Assembly: GCA_027435495.1 (NCBI GenBank)
Contig: DAHZZC010000394.1
Span: forward strand, 1-35,318
DNA: 35,318 bases
Direction: 5' to 3'
DNA from: Planctomycetales bacterium
GTDB lineage: Bacteria; Planctomycetota; Planctomycetia; Isosphaerales; Isosphaeraceae
Notes under the pieces: model-generated
Told to the model about the DNA's origin: nothing
Seen by the model: the letters and a program-made list of their open reading frames with translations, nothing else
Databases searched by the model: none
Translations under genes and position numbers: made by a program
Shown: positions 1-7,552 of the stretch, piece by piece
Numbering within the stretch: position 1 is the first letter of the stretch
Layout of the letters: every line of letters starts with the position of its first letter

Positions 1-1159
1 TCGGAGGGATGGCGCCGTGGCGGATGGCCAGCAGGCTTGCAATCATTTCAACCGATCCACAGCCGGAGACCAGGTTTCCGAGATAGCCCTTGAGTGCGGT
101 GACCGGGACGGCTCGGGCGCCGAAGACACGGTGCAAGGCCCGTGCCTCGGCGAGGTCGGAGACGCGGGTGGCCGAGCCGTGGAGGTTGACGTGTCCGATC
201 GCGGAGGGTTCGATGCCGGCGTCCGCGAGGGCGGCGGTCAGGGCGACCTCGGTGCCGACGCCCTCGGGATCGAGACCGCCGCCTGGTTTTGCGTCGCATC
301 CTGAGCCGCCGCCAAGGATTTCGCCGTAGATGCGGGCGCCTCGCTTCAGGGCGTGCTCGCGTTCCTCCAGGACGACGATTCCGGCGCCCTCGCCGGGGAC
401 CCATCCGCTTCGGTCGGCGTCGAACGGGCGACAGGCGCCGGCGGGCTCGCCCTTCCAGCGCGACATGTTCTCCAGGAGGCCCATCCGGATCAGGCTGAGG
501 GGGTGAATTTTCGAGTCGGCTCCGCCAGCGATCATCACGTCGGCGCGGCCTCGGGCGATGATCCGGGTCGCCTCGGCGACCGCGAGGTTCGCGGAGGCGT
601 CGGCCTCGGTGATGGTGTTGCTGGGTCCCTGACAGTCGATCAGGATGGAGATGTGGCAGGCGAGCATGTTGGGCAGGTACTTGAGCAGCCAGATCGGCTC
701 CATCATGCCGATCGATTCGCGGCCCCATGCCTGGAAATCGAATTCGTCGCCGGACTCGTACGCCTTGGCGATCGCCGGGGCGAGTTCGTCGAGCTCGCTG
801 GAGATAAGGCCGGCGCCCAGGTCGATCCCAAACCGGGTCGGATCGACGCCGCCGGTTGCGAGTCCGGCGTCGGCAACGGCGATCTGGGCCGCGGCGACCG
901 CGAGCTGGATGTCTCGCGCCATGTACTTGCGCATTTTGCGCAGTTCCTTGGCGCAATGCGGGAGGGCATATTTCTTCAGGTCGAAATCGCGGACTTCCGC
1001 CGCGACGTCGTTGGGAAGGCCCGCGACCTGGAAGGCTTCCAGTCGATGGACGGCCCCTCGCCCTTCCATCAGGGAAGTCCAGACAACGTCCGGACGATCC
1101 CCGAGGGGCGTCACCAGGCCCAGACCGGTAATGACAACGCGGCGTTCATAACCAAGCAT
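1..1159 (-). CDS. Beta-ketoacyl-ACP synthase (FabF/KAS II)-like protein. The C-terminus is truncated by the left window edge. The active site is divergent (Asp for Cys, Asn for the second His).
   Basis: My own reverse translation from ATG at 1159-1157 gives MLGYERRVVITGLGLVTPLG... and 386 in-frame codons with no stop up to the window edge. The ORF is absent from the track because it has no stop. It aligns by eye along its length with E. coli FabF (ADVMIAGGA, GEGAG.VVLEE, HVNLHGSAT, LKGYLGN). GC3 is high. Confidence 0.85.
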   Translation of the reverse strand, partial: MLGYERRVVITGLGLVTPLGDRPDVVWTSLMEGRGAVHRLEAFQVAGLPNDVAAEVRDFDLKKYALPHCAKELRKMRKYMARDIQLAVAAAQIAVADAGLATGGVDPTRFGIDLGAGLISSELDELAPAIAKAYESGDEFDFQAWGRESIGMMEPIWLLKYLPNMLACHISILIDCQGPSNTITEADASANLAVAEATRIIARGRADVMIAGGADSKIHPLSLIRMGLLENMSRWKGEPAGACRPFDADRSGWVPGEGAGIVVLEEREHALKRGARIYGEILGGGSGCDAKPGGGLDPEGVGTEVALTAALADAGIEPSAIGHVNLHGSATRVSDLAEARALHRVFGARAVPVTALKGYLGNLVSGCGSVEMIASLLAIRHGAIPP

Positions 1160-1429
1160 GTCAAACTCGTCGATCGTCGCCGGGCTCGATCTCAACGCTC
1201 GTACGTCCTGAGCTGCTCACCTCACCCGAGTCGAACCGCCTCCCTGATTATGGCCCGCGATCGGCGATCGTGCGGCGACAAACCCGACCCAGGGCTTAAA
1301 ATTTACTCGATCGATCAGGAGCGTCCGTCCTCCCGATGCAATCGCGACGATCCTTCCGCGAAACGAGAAGAGATCCGAGTCGATCCGGGCCGAAGCGTCG
1401 GCGTGCGGGGCCGAGCCGGGTCGGGCCGG

Positions 1430-1999
1430 TCAGGCGACCGTCTGCGGCTCCCTTGGCTGGCCGTTGGCTTCACCGCCGCCTTCGGCCGCGCCGTTGGCCG
1501 GTTCGGGATGGCCCCCGGCTTCTCGGGCGCGGGCCTGCGCCTTCGCCAGGTCAAGGACGCCGAGGAGCTGCTGGGTGAAGACGAAATTCTTGGGACCGAA
1601 GATCTGGTTGGCGCGCGAGTTGTCGAGGTGGGCGAAGACGATCTCGGCGTCGGCGAGGAGTTCGCCGTTCAAAAACGCCTTGGCCTCGACGACCGCCCCC
1701 TCGCTTCGGAGGTCGGTGAGCGTCACCTCATACACGAGCTGGTCGCCGGCACAGGCGACTCCGAAGAATTCAGCGCGGGGGATCTTGGCGAGGACCACCT
1801 TCTCGGCGAAGCCGCCTGCCTCACCCACCAGGATCCCGCCGGTCTGTGCCAGGCCCTCGATGATCAGCGAGGCGGGCATCACGGGGTATCCGGGGAAGTG
1901 GTCGTGGAGGTGCTCCTCGGCCAGGGTCAGGTTCTTGATCGCGCGGGCGAACTCGCCGCTGCGGAATTCCAGGAACTTGTCGATCCAGATCCATCTCAT
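1430..1999 (-). CDS. FabZ/FabA-like hotdog-fold 3-hydroxyacyl-ACP dehydratase with a Gly/Ala/Pro-rich C-terminal tail
   Basis: The start is an internal Met of track ORF 1430..2152 (MRWIWIDKFLEF...). It carries the FabZ-type motif HFPGYPVMPASLIIEGLAQ. The upstream part of the ORF is Arg/Gly-rich and looks non-coding. Confidence 0.85.
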   Translation of the reverse strand: MRWIWIDKFLEFRSGEFARAIKNLTLAEEHLHDHFPGYPVMPASLIIEGLAQTGGILVGEAGGFAEKVVLAKIPRAEFFGVACAGDQLVYEVTLTDLRSEGAVVEAKAFLNGELLADAEIVFAHLDNSRANQIFGPKNFVFTQQLLGVLDLAKAQARAREAGGHPEPANGAAEGGGEANGQPREPQTVA

Positions 2000-2123
2000 C
2001 GTCGGCAGCACCCGCCCTTGGGTCCAGGTCCTTGATCCCGATCCGCGACCGCCCCATCCGCCCGGCGCGGCCGATCGCCCGTCCGCGGTCCGGACGGGCG
2101 AGCCGCAACCGGTCGACCCACGC

Positions 2124-2513
2124 TCAGGACGTCGACAGCTTGCTCTGGACATACTGGACCAGCATGTCCACGGTGTACAGGTCGCCGATCTTGTCGACCG
2201 ACGGGTCTTCCTCGATCTTGGAGATATCCGCGAACGGGAGCCGAGACTTCAACTCGTCCACGCCCTTGGTGGTGAGCTTGCCATCGGCAATCCATTCGGG
2301 ATCGGCCGTCAGGTTCTCCGGGAAGAGCTCACCGCGCGGGATCTTGATCCCGAAGTTACGCTCGAGCCGGAAGACGATGTCGAGGAAATCGATCGACTCA
2401 GCGCCCAGGTCACCCTGGAGTGTGGCGTTGCTGGTGACCTCCTCCTCATCGACCCCCAGCGCATCGACCAGCGTGGCCTGGACCTTCTCGAAGATTTGTT
2501 CGTAAGTCGGCAT
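2124..2513 (-). CDS. Acyl carrier protein, unusually long (129 aa), with an insertion between helix II/III and the last helix
   Basis: The start is an internal Met of track ORF 2124..2723 (MPTYEQIFEKV...). The phosphopantetheine attachment motif is DLGAESIDFLDIVFRLE (Ser40). The terminal helix is TVDMLVQYVQSKL. Confidence 0.85.
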   Translation of the reverse strand: MPTYEQIFEKVQATLVDALGVDEEEVTSNATLQGDLGAESIDFLDIVFRLERNFGIKIPRGELFPENLTADPEWIADGKLTTKGVDELKSRLPFADISKIEEDPSVDKIGDLYTVDMLVQYVQSKLSTS

Positions 2514-2765
2514 GGAATCCTCAGGATCAGAGGGGGAATACACCAACCCCACGCGTCGGCATCGTGCCCGGAACGCCGAGGGACGAACAGAGCGGCTCGT
2601 CTTAATTCGTCGGTCGGTCCGGGCCTCGAACTTCAAATCGAGAGTTCCGCGGGCATCCGGGGCAGGGAGGCGGCCCGCCGGAGCCTCGATACCGGGGAAA
2701 CGGGGGGGCCGGAATTTCGTCACATATCATGAACAAAACCCCGGATCGTTGCAACACCATCCGCC

Positions 2766-2781
2766 AGCAACGCGGGTGCCA
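2766..2781 (-). promoter_or_regulatory. Candidate sigma-54 (RpoN) -24/-12 promoter upstream of the ACP gene
   Basis: The minus strand reads ccggaTGGCACccgcgTTGCTggcgg, an exact match to TGGCAC-N5-TTGCW. It is intergenic, about 250 nt upstream of the ACP ATG, and points into ACP, dehydratase and KS. The 8-bp palindrome GTTGCAAC follows just downstream. Confidence 0.5.
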
Positions 2782-2866
2782 TCCGGAGGATTTGCCAGGG
2801 CGGGATGGTCTGGGTGGATCGTCCCCTCCCGTTTTGCCGACTTGGGCGGTCCGAGGGGGGGACTGT

Positions 2867-3439
2867 TCAGGCGTGACTCACGACCGAGGAGGGATCGGGA
2901 CGGCGGGCAATCGCACGAGCGCCGACGGACCCCTTGCGAAGCGTCGCGTAGAGGTCGCGCAGACCCGCCACGATGGAGGCGTCGGTCGTGTGCAGATCGG
3001 GGCTCCTCTCGCGGAGGTTGTATCGTGTCAGGGTGAAGCGGCCCTTGACCATCTCCTGGCCGTCGATCGTCCCGGCGCCCTTGAAGGTACAATCGTTGCC
3101 GTCGAAGCTGGCGAGCTCGACCCGAAGCTCCAGCCGGCGGCCGGGTTCGACGAAGCTCCCGTACTTGATGGTCTTTGCCTGCTTCAAAACGATGATGCTG
3201 CTGGCGAAGTCCTCCATCTCGCGGATCAGCCAGGCGCCCGCCTGGGTGAGGGCCTCAAGCATCAGCACGCCCGGCATCACGGGGAAGCCGGGAAAGTGGT
3301 CGTTGAGGTATTCCTCGGCGAGCGAGAGGTTCTTCACGGCGATCAGGTAAGGCGCCGGCCCCTTGATCGCCTGGGCCCCTGCCAGGCAACAGCGTTGGGT
3401 CTCGACCTCGAGAATCCGATCGATTAGCACAAAACGCAT
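2867..3439 (-). CDS. FabZ/FabA-like hotdog-fold dehydratase (second paralogue)
   Basis: Track ORF 2867..3439, MRFVLIDRILEVE..., with motif HFPGFPVMPGVLMLEALTQ. Confidence 0.85.
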   Translation of the reverse strand: MRFVLIDRILEVETQRCCLAGAQAIKGPAPYLIAVKNLSLAEEYLNDHFPGFPVMPGVLMLEALTQAGAWLIREMEDFASSIIVLKQAKTIKYGSFVEPGRRLELRVELASFDGNDCTFKGAGTIDGQEMVKGRFTLTRYNLRERSPDLHTTDASIVAGLRDLYATLRKGSVGARAIARRPDPSSVVSHA

Positions 3440-3716
3440 AGGTCACCCAGAAGTCCATCCCCCGGGACGACCGGGGTCCTGCCCGGCCGGCGGACCGGCC
3501 TGTCCCGCCGAGGCCGCGTCATTCATGGTCGATCAATCAATTTATCAGTCCAACTCCCGCTTCTTCAAGGGGAACGCGACCACGACTCCTCCTGGCCGTC
3601 GCTAGATTCGCTCGAACTGGCAAAATTTGGCCCGTCTGCCGGGCCTGGCCGGTTTGCGCCGATTTTCCCCCGCGAGGGATCCTCGGAGGATTCGGGCCGG
3701 AACAACCTCGAACGCG

Positions 3717-3745
3717 TTGACAACTCCCGGCACGGACCCCATGAT
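3717..3745 (+). promoter_or_regulatory. Possible sigma-70-type promoter (TTGACA-N17-CATGAT) for the 3811 gene
   Basis: An exact TTGACA lies at 3717-3722, followed by a 17-nt spacer and CATGAT at 3740-3745. The site is about 65 nt upstream of the proposed GTG start. Planctomycete promoter rules are poorly known. Confidence 0.25.
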
Positions 3746-3810
3746 GCGTGGGTCCAGACTCTCTCGCATCAAAAGCCCCCTGTCCCGCACTTCTTTCGAG
3801 GAGGCTCGAG

Positions 3811-4335
3811 GTGAATACCAACACGATCGACGAGTCCGTTCCGCCCGCGGCGCCGAAGTCGCTCGGTAGCCTGGCCCAGTCTGCTCGTGGGACTCAATTG
3901 AAGGTTGCCCGGCGCATTCTGATCGTGATCGGCCTGTTGACGGCGGCGGTCAACGGGTTTGCCCTCTATAATCTCCCGAATGAGATCCGGCAGGGAATCC
4001 AGCAGTTACAGATCCCGCCGGAGAATGTCCCTGAGTACGAGCAGATTGTGCGGATGGCGGGCTACCTGATCTACGGAGGTGCGGCCCTGCTGGGCGTCGT
4101 CTACGTGGTTTTCGGCGTGATCATCGAGAAGTTCCCGGTCGCGATCACGGTGACGAGCCTGGTTCTTTACATCCTGTCGACGATTGGCTTCGCGGCGCTC
4201 TCGCCGAGCACGCTGGCCTCGGGTCTGATCGTCAAGATCGTCATCATCGTCGCATTGTTCCGTTCGATCAAGGCAGCGCGGGCCTTCGAGGCGGAACGGA
4301 AGAAGGCGGTACTCCTCCAGGGGGTCGAGGCATGA
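3811..4335 (+). CDS. Hypothetical integral membrane protein (about 4 TM segments)
   Basis: Frame of track ORF 3748..4335. I prefer GTG at 3811, preceded by GAGGAGG (3799-3805). ATG at 3748 is the alternative start. Hydrophobic stretches include ILIVIGLLTAAVNGFALY and LGVVYVVFGVII. Confidence 0.7.
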   Translation: MNTNTIDESVPPAAPKSLGSLAQSARGTQLKVARRILIVIGLLTAAVNGFALYNLPNEIRQGIQQLQIPPENVPEYEQIVRMAGYLIYGGAALLGVVYVVFGVIIEKFPVAITVTSLVLYILSTIGFAALSPSTLASGLIVKIVIIVALFRSIKAARAFEAERKKAVLLQGVEA

Positions 4336-5333
4336 TCGGGGAGCGGATCGAGGCGCGCCACGCCTTTCCCCTGGGCGCGGCGCTGTTCCTGTTGGTTGGG
4401 CTGGGGCTCCTGGCTGCCGGGCTGGGTACGGGAAACCGCGACCTGGCGATCGGCGGCATTCTCCCCATCGCGATCGGGGCGGTCTGGTGGGCGAGTGGGT
4501 CCGGCCGTCCGTTCACCGGGACGTTTCAGGAAGAGGGTCTGCTCGTGGAGGGCGAGGGCGAGTCGTTCCTCGTCCCTTACTCGAACATCCGAAACGTGAA
4601 GGTCGGTGGCCGGCTGGCGAACCCGAAGGGGCCCGATCGGGGCCGACGGCCGATCGAGCTGCTCCACGACTCGGGCATCCTTCGCATCCCCTCGCGATCG
4701 AGTTTTCCGACGCTTGCGATTCTCCGGTTCCTCGCCGATCGAATTCCCGACCGCGGCTCTCGCGATGTGAACCCGGCCCTCGCCGATTTCCTCCGGGTCC
4801 AGGAGGAGAAGTTCGGGCCTGAGCACGTCTACACCTTCCGAGCGGGGGATCGGACCTGGAAATCCTCGCTCCGGGGCCTTCGAGCGTTCTCGATCGGGGT
4901 CATCCTCGGCGGGGCCGCCTGGATCGGCCTGGGCGCCATGGGGATCGGCTCGGACGGATGGAGCCCGGCGGGCATCGCGGCCCTGATCTTCGGCTTCCTG
5001 CTGTTCGCGGCGAGCTTCTCCGAGTTTCAGGCGGCCGGTCCGACGCGCAAACTCCGGAAGAACGCTGGCCTGGTGATCGGGCCGGGCGGGATGGCGATGA
5101 TCCAGGGCCCAATCCAGGGCGAGCTGCGATGGGCCGAGCTGGTGGAAGCGCGGTTTCAGGACGGCGCCCGCGCTTTCCAGTCGACGCCCGCCGCCGCGGT
5201 CCCGGGGATCGTTCTCAGGGTCAAGGGAGCCGAGATCGTCATTGCCGACGTTTACGACCGGCCGCTGTATGTCATCCACGATCTCATTCAGATGTCGGCG
5301 GAGCTGGCGGAGCCGGTGGACGTGGAGCCCTGA
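4332..5333 (+). CDS. Hypothetical membrane protein with an internally duplicated architecture (2 TM plus a soluble module, twice)
   Basis: Track ORF 4332..5333. There is an ATGA start/stop overlap with the upstream gene. Two TM hairpins (aa ~12-55 and ~185-230) are each followed by a soluble segment of ~100 aa. Confidence 0.75.
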   Translation: MIGERIEARHAFPLGAALFLLVGLGLLAAGLGTGNRDLAIGGILPIAIGAVWWASGSGRPFTGTFQEEGLLVEGEGESFLVPYSNIRNVKVGGRLANPKGPDRGRRPIELLHDSGILRIPSRSSFPTLAILRFLADRIPDRGSRDVNPALADFLRVQEEKFGPEHVYTFRAGDRTWKSSLRGLRAFSIGVILGGAAWIGLGAMGIGSDGWSPAGIAALIFGFLLFAASFSEFQAAGPTRKLRKNAGLVIGPGGMAMIQGPIQGELRWAELVEARFQDGARAFQSTPAAAVPGIVLRVKGAEIVIADVYDRPLYVIHDLIQMSAELAEPVDVEP

Positions 5334-5493
5334 AAGGCGCCCGTGTCGGGCTGGCTCGCGCTCGCGGTGCGGGGATGGCGAAGCTATCCACGGCTCCAGG
5401 CCGGATCGTATACTTGGAGGGAATCTGGGCGGCGGCTGACGCGACCGCGAGGGCGCGCCCCCCTGCTCTTCAGAACCTGGGTGGACGGCGATC

Positions 5494-7524
5494 ATGGGCA
5501 CCTTCCTGATCCAGCGGGGTCTACTTGGGCTGGTCCGGCTGTTCGCGACGGCGGCAGTGGCGGGTTGGTCCGGAGCGCCGATGTCGTGGTCGCCCGACTC
5601 GCAATGGCTCACCTACATGGAGAGGCCCGAGGCGTCTCCTGCGGCCCGGCCGGCGGCCAGTCCGCTCGACCCAGCGCCCGTCTCGGCGCGGTCGGTCGCC
5701 GGGGCCGAGACCGAGACCGAGGTCGATGTTCCGGCCGCGGGTGGGATGTATCGGATCTGGGCGAGCCGGCGGGATGGGTCGGCCTCGGTGGTGCTCGAGG
5801 AGTCGCCATCGCCGTTGTCGGCGCCTCGGTGGTCGTCGCGCGGGCGATCGCTGGCGTTTGGGCGGTATGTTCCGGGGACCTCCGGGGCGAGGGGGCGGAT
5901 CGACGTCCTCGTGCAGGACGGGCTCGACCGGCGACGGGTCCTGCTCTCGGTCCCGGGGATCGACCTCGACGGGTCGGCGCGTGCCCTGCTGGCCGACCTG
6001 GCGCCGGCCTGGAGCCCTGACGGCCGCCTGCTGGCCTTCCCGGTCCCCGGGCGCGAGCCGACGGTCCTGGTGATTCATGTCGAGGCGAAGCGGGTGGTGC
6101 AAACGCTCGACCGGGCGCTGCTTCCCTCGTGGTCGCCGGACGGTACGAAGCTGGCGTATCTCCACCGAGACGACGCCGATTCGTACAGCCTGTACCTGGT
6201 CGAGCGGTCGGGCCAGGGGTTGAGTGTGCCTCGAGAGCTGCGCCGGCTGGGCTCGATTCCGGTGCCGATCGGGTGGGGAGCTGATGGCCGATCGATCCTC
6301 GCGGCGCTCGAGCGAGCGAGGCTTCAGCCTGACCTGGATCTTGCCCGAATCTCGATCGAAGACCCGGCGCCCGCGCCTTCGACCCTGCCGCTGGTTCCCG
6401 GCGTGCTCCGTCGGACGGCGGCGCTGCGGAGTTTTGTGCTCGACTATGGGCGGAATAACGACGATCTCTGCTTCTTCACGGCGGAGATGGCGGGCCGGGG
6501 CCACGATGTTTGCTGGAGTGTCCCGGCGCAGCACCACGCGTACAAGCGGTTCCACCCGCTGGACCCCTCGCTCCGGATCGCCGGGCTGGCGATTGCCCCG
6601 GACGGCCGGGCGGTTGCGATGCGATTTGGCCCGGCCGAGGCGCCCTCGCCGCCGGCCGTCGTGGAGCTGGAGACGGACGGCAATCCGCCGACCGAGCGGA
6701 CGACGCTGATTGCGGCCGATGAGGGATCGCGTCGGGTCTGGCTGGGGCTGATCGAGCAATCGGCACGGTCGTTGTTGACGATGGTGGCGCCTCCGATACA
6801 GGTTGAGAACCGGCCGATCGGGCGTCCGACCATCTTGCCGCTCCCTGGCGAGCCGGCGGATACCTCGCCGCTCCGCTCGCGGTTTGCCCGACTCGGGAGG
6901 TTTGGCGCGGAGTTGGCCGCAAGCCGAGGGACGCCCGCCACGCGGCGAGACTGGGAGGAGCGGCTGTTTTTCGACTATCTGAAAGGTGACTACACCGCCG
7001 CGACCGCCGACCTTGCCTCTCTGGAGGGGATGGTCCGCGATCGCGGGCGTCGGCTGGAGTTGCTCGCCCTTCGCGCTCAGATTCTCTGGGCGCGGGGCGA
7101 AGTCGACGCGGCCCGGGACGTGGCGAAGTACCTGGTCGAGGCGCACGGCGGGACGGTCTACCGGGTCGAGGAGACACCGATCGGCCGGTCGCTCGTGGCC
7201 GAGCCCGACGCCACCCGGGGACGCGACTGGGCGAGCTATCTGGCGTTGAGAGCCGGCCAGGCTGCCGACGGTGGGAAACACGGCGGTTCCTCGGCCCCGG
7301 ACGAGCCCGAGGAGGAAACGCACCTCACCGATCCCTTCGCCCCCAACCCGCCCCTCGGCCTCGATTTCGGCCGCGAACGCGGGGTGGGCGAAGCCTTGCC
7401 TTTGGTTCCTCAGGTGCCCGACCTCCGCCGGCCGGAGGATATCCAGGCCCAGCTTCGCGCCTTGCAACGGTTCATGGAGATGCAGCAGCGGGCCCAGCAG
7501 CGCGGACAACTTGTGCCCCGGTAG
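5494..7524 (+). CDS. PD40/TolB-like beta-propeller repeat protein with an N-terminal anchor or signal and a C-terminal helical (TPR-like) region
   Basis: Track ORF 5494..7524. Repeated WSPDG-type motifs are present (WSPDSQWLTY, WSPDGRLLAF, WSPDGTKLAYL, IAPDGRAVAM). The N-terminus is hydrophobic. Confidence 0.8.
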   Translation: MGTFLIQRGLLGLVRLFATAAVAGWSGAPMSWSPDSQWLTYMERPEASPAARPAASPLDPAPVSARSVAGAETETEVDVPAAGGMYRIWASRRDGSASVVLEESPSPLSAPRWSSRGRSLAFGRYVPGTSGARGRIDVLVQDGLDRRRVLLSVPGIDLDGSARALLADLAPAWSPDGRLLAFPVPGREPTVLVIHVEAKRVVQTLDRALLPSWSPDGTKLAYLHRDDADSYSLYLVERSGQGLSVPRELRRLGSIPVPIGWGADGRSILAALERARLQPDLDLARISIEDPAPAPSTLPLVPGVLRRTAALRSFVLDYGRNNDDLCFFTAEMAGRGHDVCWSVPAQHHAYKRFHPLDPSLRIAGLAIAPDGRAVAMRFGPAEAPSPPAVVELETDGNPPTERTTLIAADEGSRRVWLGLIEQSARSLLTMVAPPIQVENRPIGRPTILPLPGEPADTSPLRSRFARLGRFGAELAASRGTPATRRDWEERLFFDYLKGDYTAATADLASLEGMVRDRGRRLELLALRAQILWARGEVDAARDVAKYLVEAHGGTVYRVEETPIGRSLVAEPDATRGRDWASYLALRAGQAADGGKHGGSSAPDEPEEETHLTDPFAPNPPLGLDFGRERGVGEALPLVPQVPDLRRPEDIQAQLRALQRFMEMQQRAQQRGQLVPR

Positions 7525-7552
7525 CGGGGTGGGTATCGGGTTTCGGGGCGGT

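Noticed and set aside
353-2035. Very long + strand ORF (560 aa) and its neighbour 1464..2732 (422 aa), covering the KS, dehydratase and ACP genes
   Set aside because: Both are antisense to genes with clear family motifs. Their translations are low-complexity Gly/Arg/Asp/Ala-rich with no recognisable domains. This is the typical shadow-ORF artefact of high-GC DNA.
3616-3630. Sigma-54-like motif cTGGCAAaatttGGCCc upstream of the 3811 gene
   Set aside because: The spacing between the GG and GC dinucleotides is one nucleotide short of the strict -24/-12 geometry, and the -12 TTGC element is absent. Other TGGCAC occurrences (for example about 12618, 21737, 24543 and the minus strand about 17133) lie inside CDSs or lack a -12 GC.
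4167-7509. Long minus-strand ORFs 4167..5612 (481 aa) and 5521..7509 (662 aa)
   Set aside because: Both are extremely Arg/Pro-rich translations antisense to the membrane-protein and PD40 genes. The + frames have high GC3 and recognisable repeats.
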